Below, piece by piece: positions 1 to 10,464 of a stretch of DNA of 64,000 nucleotides. The stretch covers positions 26,015 to 90,014 of the IMG/VR virus record IMGVR_UViG_3300001525_000522; one strand, 5' to 3'. The translations under genes were made by a program, and so were the position numbers. The notes beneath the pieces are model-generated. The model had not been told where the DNA came from. It saw only the letters and a program-made list of their open reading frames with translations, and did no database searches. Positions within the stretch are counted from its first letter, which is position 1. Each line of letters starts with the position of its first letter. Origin of the DNA: a virus (lineage: Duplodnaviria > Caudoviricetes).

Positions 1-18
1 TTTTTAAGGAGCAGATAT

Positions 19-624
19 ATGAGAAAATTTTTACAAATTACTGTAGCAGTTCTTGTATTAGCTTTTATAGGATTCTTTGGAACTATTGGAGCTTTTTATG
101 ATGATACAGTAAGAATACCTAAAGTATCTGAAGAAGTAGAATCTCCTGCAGAAACAGAAGAACCTGCTGAAACAGAAACTACTTTAGAAATTGTAGTAAC
201 TGAGGAAGAGGTTGGAGAACCTATTGATTTAGGTGAAGAAACAGGAGAGACAGAAGAAACTCCTACTGAAGGAGAAGAGCCTACAGAAGATACCGAAAAT
301 ACTGAGAAACCTGAAGAAATAGTTTTTGAAGATAAAGCATTAGGAGATTTGATGCTTGAAAAACTTGGAGTAGCCGGTATGAGAGACAATCTTGGAGAAG
401 CTACTGTTAGAAAAATAGCTATAGGAATTTTATGTGCATTATCTATCTTTGAAGGTTTCATGCTTACTAGAGTATTTAAGCCTGTTAAGAAAACTGAAAA
501 TACTGAAAAGAAACCTCATAGGCATGGCCATAGGCACTTCGGCAGAAAACACAGACCTGAACCTAATCCTAATGCAATTGAAGGATACAATGTTCCTAGA
601 GATTCTAATAGATTAAAATTTTAA
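19..624 (+). CDS. Membrane protein (N-terminal TM, acidic linker, second TM, His/basic tail)
   Basis: AGGAG RBS; hydrophobic segments at residues ~5-25 and ~133-150; Glu/Thr-rich linker. Confidence 0.75.
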   Translation: MRKFLQITVAVLVLAFIGFFGTIGAFYDDTVRIPKVSEEVESPAETEEPAETETTLEIVVTEEEVGEPIDLGEETGETEETPTEGEEPTEDTENTEKPEEIVFEDKALGDLMLEKLGVAGMRDNLGEATVRKIAIGILCALSIFEGFMLTRVFKPVKKTENTEKKPHRHGHRHFGRKHRPEPNPNAIEGYNVPRDSNRLKF

Positions 625-654
625 TTACACTTAAGTTCACCTTCTTATTTTCCT

Positions 655-680
655 AAGGCCCAGAATACTTTCTGGGTCTT
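655..680 (+). terminator. Intrinsic terminator-like hairpin
   Basis: AAGGCCCAGAA-TACT-TTCTGGGTCTT followed by GGGTTTTATT. Confidence 0.6.
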
Positions 681-737
681 GGGTTTTATTATAGTCAATA
701 TTTAATATATAAATATGTTTTTATAAGAGGACAGAAA

Positions 738-2177
738 ATGCCAGAAGTTGGAAAGAATTATCTGTGTGATATAGATGGTCTTTGTGCAGTATTCAGTAAA
801 GATACTTTGAATGGAAGAAACTATTCTCAGATTTATCGTAATTTGTTAGATGGCAAGGATTATAGATTTAATGAATCAATGAGAAGAGGAGGAATTCTCT
901 GTGAATTAGGCCATCCTGTACAAGAAACTGCTGATTTTGAAAGGACTGAGACAGACCTCAATAAAGTATGTGCTATATTAACTGAAATAAGAGAAGGTGA
1001 AGATAGTCAAGTATATGCAAAAGGAAAAATCTTAGATACTCCTGCAGGAAGAATTTACATGGCAATGAAGCCATTTTATAAATTTGGTTTTTCCAGTAGA
1101 GGTTCTTATGATGCAGTTGATGATGCATATGCAGAAGGCCCAGATGGCTGGAATCAGGATTCATACGTTTTTAAAGGATTTGATATAGTAGCTTTGCCAG
1201 CAACTGAAATATCTGAAATATCTGCAACTGAAGGAATAGCTACTGCTAAAAAGAGAAAATCTGCCAGAGAATCTTTAGATATAAATGAAATTGCAAATGC
1301 TGCTAATGTTACTCCTGAAGAAGTAAATAGAGAATTAGATAAAATGTTTACGGAAAAAGGAGATTTGGCTGGTTCAGAAGTAGTTTCATTAAGAGATTAC
1401 GTAGAAGATACTAAAAAATCAGAGGCACCTGAAATTACAGTTGAATCAGAAGAAATTGAGACCGTTCCGGTAACTCCTGAGCCTGAAGCTCCTGCAAGCG
1501 ATATTAAGCAAGATTTACTTACTGCTTTAGGAGAGGCTGCTAAATTAAGAGAAGACTTAGAAAAAGCTGATTTTGATAAACAGAATTTACAATCAGAATT
1601 AGATAGCCTAAAAACAGAGAATGCTGAATTATTGCATAGAGCTATTGAAGCTGAAAAAGCCTTGGCAGATTATGAAGAAATAAAACACCTTTCCAAACAG
1701 CTGGTAGATTCTTATCATGGTGTTAAAGATGAATATGAATCAGAGGCGCAAGAGCTCAAGGAGATGTTTGCACAAGAGCAGCAGACATCTACGAAATGGC
1801 AAGAAGAGGCTAAGAATGCTGCAAATGAAAAGAAGATTGCAGAAGAAAGCCTGAGCAAAACAAATGAAGAATTGGCCAAATATAGAAGCAGAAATTCTAT
1901 GTTAGTAAAAGAATTAGATTCTGCTAAAAATAATCTTTTAGATGTTTATTCCAGAAATTATGGAGTAGCTAAAGAATCTATAATTAAAAAATTAGGAAAT
2001 AATTATAGAGCTTTGCAGATAAAACCTGCAGTAGAAGCTCTTGCTAAAGATAATTTAAGACTCTCAAAAACATCTTCATCATTTGAAGCTTTGGCTAATT
2101 ATAGTGCTCCTGCTAAAGAATCTATTCAATTTAATGATGAGGTGGAGAGAGAACTCTTTGAAATGTTAGAAGATTAA
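738..2177 (+). CDS. Prohead protease fused to coiled-coil scaffold (T4 gp21-like)
   Basis: N-terminal LNGRNY...CELGHP...GFSSRG...GFDIVALPA protease motifs; acidic coiled-coil C-terminus; upstream of the capsid gene. Confidence 0.8.
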   Translation: MPEVGKNYLCDIDGLCAVFSKDTLNGRNYSQIYRNLLDGKDYRFNESMRRGGILCELGHPVQETADFERTETDLNKVCAILTEIREGEDSQVYAKGKILDTPAGRIYMAMKPFYKFGFSSRGSYDAVDDAYAEGPDGWNQDSYVFKGFDIVALPATEISEISATEGIATAKKRKSARESLDINEIANAANVTPEEVNRELDKMFTEKGDLAGSEVVSLRDYVEDTKKSEAPEITVESEEIETVPVTPEPEAPASDIKQDLLTALGEAAKLREDLEKADFDKQNLQSELDSLKTENAELLHRAIEAEKALADYEEIKHLSKQLVDSYHGVKDEYESEAQELKEMFAQEQQTSTKWQEEAKNAANEKKIAEESLSKTNEELAKYRSRNSMLVKELDSAKNNLLDVYSRNYGVAKESIIKKLGNNYRALQIKPAVEALAKDNLRLSKTSSSFEALANYSAPAKESIQFNDEVERELFEMLED

Positions 2178-2222
2178 ACTTATCCTGCATACTGTATTTT
2201 GTATGTTCTCCATAAAAGTGGT

Positions 2223-2252
2223 AAAAGAGCTGGTAGAAATATCAGCTCTTTT
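2223..2252 (+). terminator. Terminator hairpin
   Basis: AAAAGAGCTG-N10-CAGCTCTTTT. Confidence 0.7.
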
Positions 2253-2308
2253 GCTATTTGTGTATAATAATTTATAATTATAAGTTATTAGCAGCAGAGG
2301 TGTTCTAA

Positions 2309-3360
2309 TTAAGTGGAAAAGAATTACCAGAATTTCAACCTTGTGGTAAAAAATTTAAATCAAAAACCTGTTCAAAATCATGTGGAGCTATTTTACGGTC
2401 AAGAGAAAGAGGCTCTAATTGGAAAAATCCTGAAATACAAAAGAAAGCTCATGATTCTATTAAAGAAAATCTGATTAATAAATATGGAGTTGATAATGTA
2501 GCTAAAATTCCAGAAGTTCAAGCTAAGATTAAGCAGACAAATCTAGAGAGGTATGGCAAAACCACCATATTACAGACTCCAGAAGTTATAGAAAAATCAT
2601 TGAAAACCAGAAATTCTGCAGAAGTAAAGAATAAAATGTCTGAGCATTCTAAACTTAGAGAAGTTTATCAGCTTGGTATATCTGCAGCAAACACTGAAGA
2701 ATCCAAGGAGAAAAGAAAGAATACTTGCTTGAAGAGATATGGAACTGAATATGCCCTGGCCTCCAAAGAAATACGTGCAAAGATAAATAAAACCATATCT
2801 GAAAAATATTCTAAAGACCCTAAGAAATAACTCCATCTAAAATATATGCAAGACAATGTGAGATAAGAAATGTACCTGTTCCAGAATATAGAAAATTCTG
2901 TGAGAAAAACCATCTACAGGGATATCGTCATGCTTCTGTGATTCCAGGTCTTTACTATGGAGATGAATTAAAGCAATTGATGTCATTTGGTCAGCCTCAG
3001 AAAAGAAATGCCAAAAAGACTTATCAATGGGAAATTGTAAGAGGCTGCCCTGGGTCTAATAATGCGGTTGTAGGAGGAATCTCTAAATTATGGAAATATT
3101 TTCTTAAAACTTATAATCCAGAATCTGTTATGAGTTATTGTGATATGAACAAATTTGACGGTCATGGTTATGAACTTCTAGGCATGAAATTAGCTTCTGA
3201 AGAAAGAGGAAATCTTTGGATGATTGACAAAAAGACTTTGAAGGTCCAACAGTGGATTTTCAGGAATAAAGAAAGACGTGAAGAACAGGAGAAAAATTCA
3301 TACAAAGTTTTTGGAGTTGGAAACAGAACATACGTATGGACAAAAGAAAATTCTGATTAA
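2309..3360 (+). pseudogene. Degenerate Hef-like homing endonuclease (no start, frameshift near 2825, nuclease core missing)
   Basis: Open frame 2309-2830 with KYGV/RYG repeats; a second frame from ~2824 (KIYARQCEIR...GGISKLWKYF) matches the C-terminus of 5234..7108. Confidence 0.75.
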
Positions 3361-3385
3361 GAACTAATTAAAATAATTTTTTCGT

Positions 3386-3409
3386 AAACCCAGGAAGGAT
3401 CCTGGGTTT
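3386..3409 (+). terminator. Terminator hairpin
   Basis: AAACCCAGGA-AGGA-TCCTGGGTTT. Confidence 0.7.
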
Positions 3410-3617
3410 TCTTGTATCAATATATAATTATATAGATAATTCTACTAATTATGTTACTTTAATGAAGAATGTTTTTAGTTAATCAAAATGAATTTAATTA
3501 TCTAATTTAGACTTTAATGAAGCTTTAAGTGATGAGAGAGTTTACAGAGATTTTTAGAATTAGAAATATAAAATTATTATTAAATTAAATTAAAAGAAAA
3601 TTAGGAGAAATTAAATT

Positions 3618-5066
3618 ATGTTACAGCAAGTTTCAGCATATGAAGAATGCAAAACCAAACTTCGTGCAGCTGAGATGTTCCATAAAAGAACATTTCCGCA
3701 GGAAGTAAGAAACACGGCAGCGGTTATTCTTCGTAATACTATTAACGCTTATGAATCAGTATCTGGTTCAACTGCAGGTCTTGGAATAGGCGGACAGTCT
3801 GGCGTAGCTCAGATGAATCCGATTTCGAGTTATAAGAACTTTATTATAAAGATTGCTACTCTTGGTATTCCTGCTCTCGATGTATTTGATTGGGTTGCCA
3901 TGGAGCCTATGGCTACTGCATCTACTCAGATTCTTTTTACCAAATATGTAAGAATGTCCAATAAAGGCAGCTCTAAGAAAGGTGATATTATATCTGACCC
4001 GTTTGGTATTTATTACAGACAGAATGCTGATGGTACTCGTACTGATGCTACGGATCCTCTCTATTCGTCAGCTCTTACTGCAGATGCTTTTACGGATGGC
4101 AAAGTTACCACTGCTCAGAACTTCAATCTTCGTTGGACGCCTGTTCGTGAAAATACGATAATCGTTACTGCTGGTGGAAAGACCTGCAATGAAAAGACTG
4201 CTGCTGTTCAGAGTACTGCAGCTAACTTTGATAAGACCTTTGCAGAGAATGGTATAACTGTTTCTATTAAATATGATACCGGTGCTATTCAGATTACTGA
4301 AGCTGCTGCTTCTACTGTAGAAGTTCTCTCGGTAACTTATGAATATGATAACGTATATCTTCCTGCTAATGATATTCCTACTTATGGTGCAGAAGTTGAA
4401 GCTATTCCGATGACTGCTAAACCTCATAAAGTAAGAATCGTATTCGATGCTCTTTCTAACCTCATTTATAAAAATGACTACGGTATCGATATTGCAAAAG
4501 AACTTCCTAAGAAAGCGGTTGAAGATTTCATGTATTCTATAGCAACTGAAGTATCTGATGCGATTGTAGCAAATGCACCTACCTCGACTTATACGATGAG
4601 TTGGTCTCTCGCAGTAGAAAATGGTTGGATTGCTCAGCACTATGCATCATTTGGTTCAGTACTTGCTGCTGCGCAGGCTGCTATCACAAAAGTTACGAAG
4701 ATATATGCTGGAAATAGATGCTTCATCGGTTCAGCACTCGTACCGGTAGTAATGGCTGTTCCTGGATTTAAAGCTGCTGATACTGATGGTAAAATAGGTA
4801 CTCAGCTCATTGGTTCTATCGGTAACTTGAAGATTTACTTCAAACCTGATATGGATGACTACACCTATGTAGTATTTGCAAAAGGAAGTGGAACTGAATT
4901 GTCTGTAGGTCTGTTGTCTATGTATATGGCAGCACTCCCTGCTTCGATTATTCCTACTCAGCTTCTTGAGTTTGCAGATGGCCTTAATTCTCAAGGTTTC
5001 TATTCACTATATGACTTTAAAATACTGAATCCGATACTTTCGATTAAAGGTGCAGTAAGTCATTAA
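3618..5066 (+). CDS. Major capsid protein (T4 gp23-like, HK97 fold)
   Basis: IPALDVFDWVAMEPMATASTQILF resembles gp23 IPNLIAFDICGVQPMNSPTGQVF; optimised codon usage; strong terminator follows. Confidence 0.85.
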   Translation: MLQQVSAYEECKTKLRAAEMFHKRTFPQEVRNTAAVILRNTINAYESVSGSTAGLGIGGQSGVAQMNPISSYKNFIIKIATLGIPALDVFDWVAMEPMATASTQILFTKYVRMSNKGSSKKGDIISDPFGIYYRQNADGTRTDATDPLYSSALTADAFTDGKVTTAQNFNLRWTPVRENTIIVTAGGKTCNEKTAAVQSTAANFDKTFAENGITVSIKYDTGAIQITEAAASTVEVLSVTYEYDNVYLPANDIPTYGAEVEAIPMTAKPHKVRIVFDALSNLIYKNDYGIDIAKELPKKAVEDFMYSIATEVSDAIVANAPTSTYTMSWSLAVENGWIAQHYASFGSVLAAAQAAITKVTKIYAGNRCFIGSALVPVVMAVPGFKAADTDGKIGTQLIGSIGNLKIYFKPDMDDYTYVVFAKGSGTELSVGLLSMYMAALPASIIPTQLLEFADGLNSQGFYSLYDFKILNPILSIKGAVSH

Positions 5067-5108
5067 TTTTTAGTTAGAACAAACTAAATCAGCCAAAACA
5101 ATTTTAAG

Positions 5109-5135
5109 GAGACTCTTATAAAAGAGTCTCTTTTT
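5109..5135 (+). terminator. Terminator after capsid gene
   Basis: GAGACTCTT-ATAA-AAGAGTCTC-TTTTT. Confidence 0.85.
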
Positions 5136-5233
5136 AATTTGAAAAAAAAAATTATCTTAGAGATTCCTTAAATCAATAATAATTAAATAAAAAAGTTAAA
5201 ATCAAACAGTATAATATTATAGGAGGTAATAAA

Positions 5234-7108
5234 ATGCCTAAAGGAATTTATCAAGGACATAATTGGAATAAACCAGAAGAATTAGAATTTAAAGAATATT
5301 ATTTAAGCCATTCTACAGAAGAGACTGCGGCATATTTCAAGACCAGTATTAGTTCCATTCAAAGGTTGGCAAGAACATACAAATGCGCAAAACCTAAGGC
5401 AAAGGGCTGGACAAAGAAAACTAAGAAATATACCTGGACACAGGAACAAATTTCAAAAGTAGTTTCTTTGTATGAAGACGGATATATGGCTACACAGATT
5501 GCCCAGAAAATGAATTTATTACGTCATCAAGTTATCGATATTTTAAATACCGCAGGAATACAATATAAACCTAGAAAAATTTCTGAATTAAACCCAGAAG
5601 TTAAAGAAGATTTTTTAAAACTTAGGAGACAGAATCATTTTGAAAAAACCGGAGATATAAAGTGGCATTTATCTGAAGAACATAGGAAAAAATTATCTGA
5701 AATTCAAAAATCTCCAGACTTTATAGCTAAACACCATGAGGCGAAAAGCCTTGCACAGAAGAAAAAATATTTGGATCCAACATATATAGCACCTTGGAAT
5801 ACTCCTGAAGCTAATAGAAAGGCTGCAGAAACTAGAAAAAATTGGTCTCCAGAGGTTAAAAAGGCTTTTCGTGAAAAATATAACAGAACTATGCTTGAGA
5901 GATATGGTAAAGGAAGTCTTACCAATACTGAAAAAACTAAACAAACTATACAAAATTGGTCAGAAGAAAAACGTTTGGAAGTTCATAAAAGACGATCATT
6001 AGCTGCAAAGGAGGTTTGTTCTAGGCCTGATTATATAAGTCCTTGGAAAAAGAAAGAAGTACAAGAAAAACTTAAAACTACTATACTTCAGAGATTCGGA
6101 GTAGACTATGCCTTTCAGCTGAATATGGATAAACACAGAATCAGCAATCTAAATAAAAACTTCTTAACTCTCTTAAAAGAATATGGCATTGAAGGTAAAC
6201 TTGAAGAGAAGGTTGGAAATTACTTTTATGATATATGTATTGGAAAAATTCTTATAGACCTCAACCCAAGTATCAGTCATAATTTAACCATGGGTTTTGG
6301 TAAACTGACCGGAAAGTCAAATAAAAATGTAATTATTTCCAGAAAATATCATTATGGTAGATGGTTGAATGCCAAAGAAAATGGTTATGAACTCATTTCA
6401 ATTTTTGATTGGATGGATAAATCTAAAGTATTATCTCTTATAGCAGCGAAATGTGGAAAAACTCAGAAAGTTTTTGCTAGAAAATGTGAAATAAAGGAAG
6501 TATCTAAATCAGATGCCTATAATTTTTATGAAATAAACCATGTATTAGGAAAACCTAGAGGAACAGATTATTCTTATGGATTATATTATCTCAATGAATT
6601 GGTAGCATGCATGTCATTTAAGGCCTCTAAAGATACATTAGAATTACAGAGATTTGCTAATAAATCTGATATAACTGTGGTAGGAGGTGTTTCAAAGCTA
6701 TGGTCACATTTCATTAAAGAACACCAACCCAAAGAAGTAGTAACCTTTACAGATAATAATCTTGGAAATGGCAGTGTATATGAAAGGTTAGGATTTGAGT
6801 TAGAGTCTGTTAGAACTACTACAGCTTGGTATAATCCAAAATTAAAAAGTTATATTAGGAGTTCTTCATTAAATCAGCAAGGTGCAGACAGGCTTATAGG
6901 TAATAAAATTCCAAATTATTTTCCTGTTGGGCTAGATAGAGATGACTTTATTGCTAGAGGCGGAAAAGAAGAATACGTGAAAGAATTTAAGGAGCACGCT
7001 GATAATCGAAATTGGTGGCCAGGAAATTCAGACATTGCTAAACATTATGGTTATTTGGAATTTGAAGATGCAGGATATTCTAAATTGATTTTTCACTGTA
7101 ATAATTAG
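5234..7108 (+). CDS. Hef-like free-standing homing endonuclease
   Basis: HTH-like N-terminus, basic RYG/RFG repeats, YDICIGKILIDLNPSISH...GYELISIFDW nuclease-like core, GNAT-like C-terminus (ELQRFA...GGVSKLW...TFTDNNLGNGSVYERLGF). Confidence 0.7.
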   Translation: MPKGIYQGHNWNKPEELEFKEYYLSHSTEETAAYFKTSISSIQRLARTYKCAKPKAKGWTKKTKKYTWTQEQISKVVSLYEDGYMATQIAQKMNLLRHQVIDILNTAGIQYKPRKISELNPEVKEDFLKLRRQNHFEKTGDIKWHLSEEHRKKLSEIQKSPDFIAKHHEAKSLAQKKKYLDPTYIAPWNTPEANRKAAETRKNWSPEVKKAFREKYNRTMLERYGKGSLTNTEKTKQTIQNWSEEKRLEVHKRRSLAAKEVCSRPDYISPWKKKEVQEKLKTTILQRFGVDYAFQLNMDKHRISNLNKNFLTLLKEYGIEGKLEEKVGNYFYDICIGKILIDLNPSISHNLTMGFGKLTGKSNKNVIISRKYHYGRWLNAKENGYELISIFDWMDKSKVLSLIAAKCGKTQKVFARKCEIKEVSKSDAYNFYEINHVLGKPRGTDYSYGLYYLNELVACMSFKASKDTLELQRFANKSDITVVGGVSKLWSHFIKEHQPKEVVTFTDNNLGNGSVYERLGFELESVRTTTAWYNPKLKSYIRSSSLNQQGADRLIGNKIPNYFPVGLDRDDFIARGGKEEYVKEFKEHADNRNWWPGNSDIAKHYGYLEFEDAGYSKLIFHCNN

Positions 7109-7226
7109 CTATTCTTAGAATTTAGCCTGGCTGTGCAGTAGAAACTTTAGAAAATAAAAATCATTTCTGGAGCAGAAAGGAATATGTGATTTTTATAGAA
7201 GATTCTTCTATACAAATATAATTATT

Positions 7227-7868
7227 ATGGAAATAGTAGATAGAGTTAAAGAATTTATAGATAATAATAAAACTCTCGTAGATAATTTTAAATTTAAAGA
7301 ATTATATCAAAAATTGATAAATTCGATAGACCAAAAATATGTAACTTCAACACTTACGCACTTATTTTATAAAATGGGCCTGGACCCTTTAAAAACTTTG
7401 AAAACAGTGCCTGATTATTATTATGAAGGTGCAAAAAGATTTAAATTAGGTTTTGAGATAAATCTAATAATTCCTAATCATATAAAATGGATAGGAAAAG
7501 AGGCTTTTTCTAATAGTGGGGTAAAATCATGCGTTTTTAATCAATCTCAGTCAGGATTAAAAAGTGTAGGTATGTCTGCTTTTTCAGATAATAGTAATCT
7601 TAAGCAAATAATACTTCCAGATTCCTTGGAAATTATAGAATGGTATGCATTTACAGATTGCATTAACCTAGAGCAGGTATCTATACCTAGAAATATAAAA
7701 TTATTTCCAATACTTTTTGATGGTTGTGATATACTTAAACAAATAGAGTATAGAGGTACCATGAATATGTGGAAAATAGATAGTGAAAGGCATTATGATA
7801 AGGACCAAATATTCCAAGGCTCAAATGTAAAGAGTATTAAATGTTTTGATGGAGAAATAAAATTATAA
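7227..7868 (+). CDS. BspA-type leucine-rich repeat protein
   Basis: IPNHIKWIGKEAFSNS, LPDSLEIIEWYAFTDCINLEQVSIP repeats; I.Y.GT...W cap motif. Confidence 0.85.
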   Translation: MEIVDRVKEFIDNNKTLVDNFKFKELYQKLINSIDQKYVTSTLTHLFYKMGLDPLKTLKTVPDYYYEGAKRFKLGFEINLIIPNHIKWIGKEAFSNSGVKSCVFNQSQSGLKSVGMSAFSDNSNLKQIILPDSLEIIEWYAFTDCINLEQVSIPRNIKLFPILFDGCDILKQIEYRGTMNMWKIDSERHYDKDQIFQGSNVKSIKCFDGEIKL

Positions 7869-7887
7869 ACAAATTTTTAGAATCGAC

Positions 7888-7914
7888 AAAGCCTTTCTTA
7901 ATAGGAAGGCTTTT
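7888..7914 (+). terminator. Terminator hairpin
   Basis: AAAGCCTTTCT-TAAT-AGGAAGGCTTTT. Confidence 0.75.
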
Positions 7915-7928
7915 AAATTATATGATTT

Positions 7929-7991
7929 TAGTAAAAAATTTTAGAAAAGTTATTCCAAACAGTTTACTTTTTGAGGAAAATAGTGTACAAT
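7929..7991 (+). promoter_or_regulatory. Conserved sigma70-type promoter repeat, copy 1
   Basis: 59/63 identical to 48641..48703; TTTACT-17bp-TACAAT. Confidence 0.8.
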
Positions 7992-8023
7992 ATAATTAGA
8001 AAATTAAAAAAGGAAAATACATT

Positions 8024-8314
8024 ATGACATTTGTTACACTTTATTATATAAATGATAGTTTACAAATTAAGAAAGTAAGTGGTCATACTTTACATAGTGA
8101 TGATATTACTACTGAATTTGATATAGAACTTTATTCTGAATTAATTCATGTATTATATTCTCATAGTCAAAATAAAGTATATGAGCTTAATCCAAAATTT
8201 AATGAAGATGATCCTTCTTCTAGACAATATGTTCCATTTAGATTTAAGGTAATAGGCTTGAAGACGGAGCAAAGATTTCAAATTTCAGATTATATTGCAT
8301 GTAAATTTGATTAA
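8024..8314 (+). CDS. Hypothetical protein
   Basis: ORF with AAGGA RBS directly downstream of the promoter repeat. Confidence 0.7.
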   Translation: MTFVTLYYINDSLQIKKVSGHTLHSDDITTEFDIELYSELIHVLYSHSQNKVYELNPKFNEDDPSSRQYVPFRFKVIGLKTEQRFQISDYIACKFD

Positions 8315-8325
8315 GGAGATTAACA

Positions 8326-9108
8326 ATGGGTATAACACAGATAATGGGTTTAATAGCCTACATACTCTTTCTTGTTATTATAGGTTGGGCATGTTATAAT
8401 TTTCAAGTTAATAACAGAAAGAACTCTGACTTAAAACGTGAAGAGGAAGAAAAACGTGAAAAAGAAAAACAAGCTCAACTAGAAGAGTTTGATACAAAAT
8501 TTATTTCAGCAGTTAACCGCCTGATTTCAGATAATGATTTATTATTTGATAGTTATCTCGGTGCATTAGCAAAGCATACAATTGAGTATACTTATCTAGA
8601 CTTTGATATAGAGCGATTAAAGTTGATTGAATATTATGGAAACAAACATAACGTTGGATTATTTTTTAGCCTTGAAAATAAGATTGAGGTGTGTTCTAAC
8701 CTAACCAATAAATTAATTAAAAATTATATACAGGTACCATCCTATGAATTAAAAATGTTACTAGACAATATTCCATATGATGTTAAAATTTCTACAATGA
8801 CTGAAGGTAACTTTGAACAATACATATTAAGTAGGAATATTTCAAATGAAACATTAGAAAAAATAAAGAAGGCCTTTGATTTATATACCAAAGATGAGAC
8901 AGAAACTTTTTATAGATATATTGAAAAACATCCTGAAGCATATCAAATAGCGAGGCAGAATGAAATACAGGAAAAGCAGACTAAAGCTATTGAACAAGTT
9001 GGCGTAGAACTGAGATACTCTCAAATGAGTCTAGAAAATCGGCTTAGTGGTATAGAAACAGGCATACATACTGCAGCAATTCTTGGAATAATGAGTAATT
9101 TATATTGA
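8326..9108 (+). CDS. Membrane-anchored hypothetical protein
   Basis: AGGAG RBS; N-terminal TM helix followed by charged coiled coil. Confidence 0.75.
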   Translation: MGITQIMGLIAYILFLVIIGWACYNFQVNNRKNSDLKREEEEKREKEKQAQLEEFDTKFISAVNRLISDNDLLFDSYLGALAKHTIEYTYLDFDIERLKLIEYYGNKHNVGLFFSLENKIEVCSNLTNKLIKNYIQVPSYELKMLLDNIPYDVKISTMTEGNFEQYILSRNISNETLEKIKKAFDLYTKDETETFYRYIEKHPEAYQIARQNEIQEKQTKAIEQVGVELRYSQMSLENRLSGIETGIHTAAILGIMSNLY

Positions 9109-9146
9109 TTTTAAAAAATTTAATTTAACAAAGAGGATAATAAATC

Positions 9147-9566
9147 ATGAGAGAACCCTTATTTAGAGCAAAATGTAAGGACAATGGAGAGTTGGTATAT
9201 GGTTGGTATGCACCTTTAGTGCGCAACGATAAAACCATCCTTCCACATATAAAAGATAGAAATGGAAGTGATTATCCGGTTATCCTTGAAACAGTCAAGC
9301 AATCTACAAGATTAAAAGATAAAAATGGCAAAGAAATATTTAAAGGTGACATTATTGTGTATTCTTGGAATGATTTAAATAACCAAAAAAAAACAATAAA
9401 GAAATACATTATAGGCTACGATAAAGATGAAGCAAAAACTATTGCGATTCCTTATAAAGACGCCTCATCTTATCCGTTAACTACTTTTAAATTTATTAAC
9501 CAACGAGGTGAAGTAATTGGCAATATCTATGATGAGGTTGCTGTATTAGAAAAGGAGATATCATGA
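9147..9566 (+). CDS. YopX family protein
   Basis: EPLFRAK...Q.TRLKDKNGKEIFKGDI...EVIGNIYD signature. Confidence 0.85.
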   Translation: MREPLFRAKCKDNGELVYGWYAPLVRNDKTILPHIKDRNGSDYPVILETVKQSTRLKDKNGKEIFKGDIIVYSWNDLNNQKKTIKKYIIGYDKDEAKTIAIPYKDASSYPLTTFKFINQRGEVIGNIYDEVAVLEKEIS

Positions 9567-9913
9567 GCAAAGGACAACAGATTAAAGAAATACAAAAATT
9601 GATATGTAATAATTGCGGACAAATCGATGGTTGTAAAATATCATGTAAAGCGCATAAGAGTTTAGCCGAAGCCCTTTACAACGCGGGTTATCGGAAAGTT
9701 ATTTACGGCAGAGACAATTTATCAGACCTGTTAAATGAAGAAGTTAAAGAACTATCTTTAATTGAGAAAACACGTAAGGAAACGGCAAGAGAGTTTATGG
9801 AGAAGTTGAAAGTGCGGTTGGCAAAGTTTATATGGCGGCACAATATACCAGAATGTATATACAATGATGTAATGGAGGGCTTATTAAAGGAGTATGAAAG
9901 AAATGAAAGATAG
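9563..9913 (+). CDS. Hypothetical protein
   Basis: ATGA overlap with yopX; LAEALYNAGYRK motif common in phage accessory genes. Confidence 0.75.
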   Translation: MSKGQQIKEIQKLICNNCGQIDGCKISCKAHKSLAEALYNAGYRKVIYGRDNLSDLLNEEVKELSLIEKTRKETAREFMEKLKVRLAKFIWRHNIPECIYNDVMEGLLKEYERNER

Positions 9914-10205
9914 AAAAGAAAATACATTTTCGCTTTGTGCTTTCGGGTCTTACGAAATAGAATATACTTGTATTTATTCTTACCTTGACGAGTACGGAGA
10001 TTTTTCTGACGGAAAAGTCGAAAAACATTATTCCGCCGACGGTGGTCAATTTATGGAGTCGATTGCAAAGTTAATGCTTGATAGGGATTGCATTAGTTTT
10101 GATATTTCAGAAAATGAAATTTATATCGAACATTTTAACCCTAATAACGGAACGGGTGAGGAATATCTGTTTAAGATAAAGGAATTAAAAGAGGTGAAAA
10201 AATGA
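9894..10205 (+). CDS. Hypothetical protein
   Basis: Overlapping ORF, AGGAG RBS. Confidence 0.7.
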   Translation: MKEMKDRKENTFSLCAFGSYEIEYTCIYSYLDEYGDFSDGKVEKHYSADGGQFMESIAKLMLDRDCISFDISENEIYIEHFNPNNGTGEEYLFKIKELKEVKK

Positions 10206-10279
10206 TTTTAGCAAGTATTAAACCTTATTACTATTATTTAATTGCCTAAGAGAAAAAGAATATTGAAGTATAAAAATAA
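10202..10279 (+). pseudogene. ASCH-domain gene remnant
   Basis: MILASIKPYYYYLIA*EKKNIEV*K* resembles the ASCH N-terminus (SIKP...I..GKK.IEVRK) with in-frame TAA stops. Confidence 0.6.
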
Positions 10280-10380
10280 TTACGATGAAATTAATTACAT
10301 TTGATGAATTATGTAAACTCAGACTTAACCCGAAGACTCCAGTAATTGTACACTATTTATTTAAAATAAAATATTCATAT

Positions 10381-10402
10381 AAGTCCACTTATAGGTGGAC
10401 TT
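10381..10402 (+). terminator. Terminator hairpin
   Basis: AAGTCCACTT-AT-AGGTGGACTT inverted repeat followed by CTTCTATTT. Confidence 0.6.
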
Positions 10403-10464
10403 CTTCTATTTATAAGAATTTTATTAAAAATAATGAGATAATGTTTGAAGTTGCAGAAAACTGA

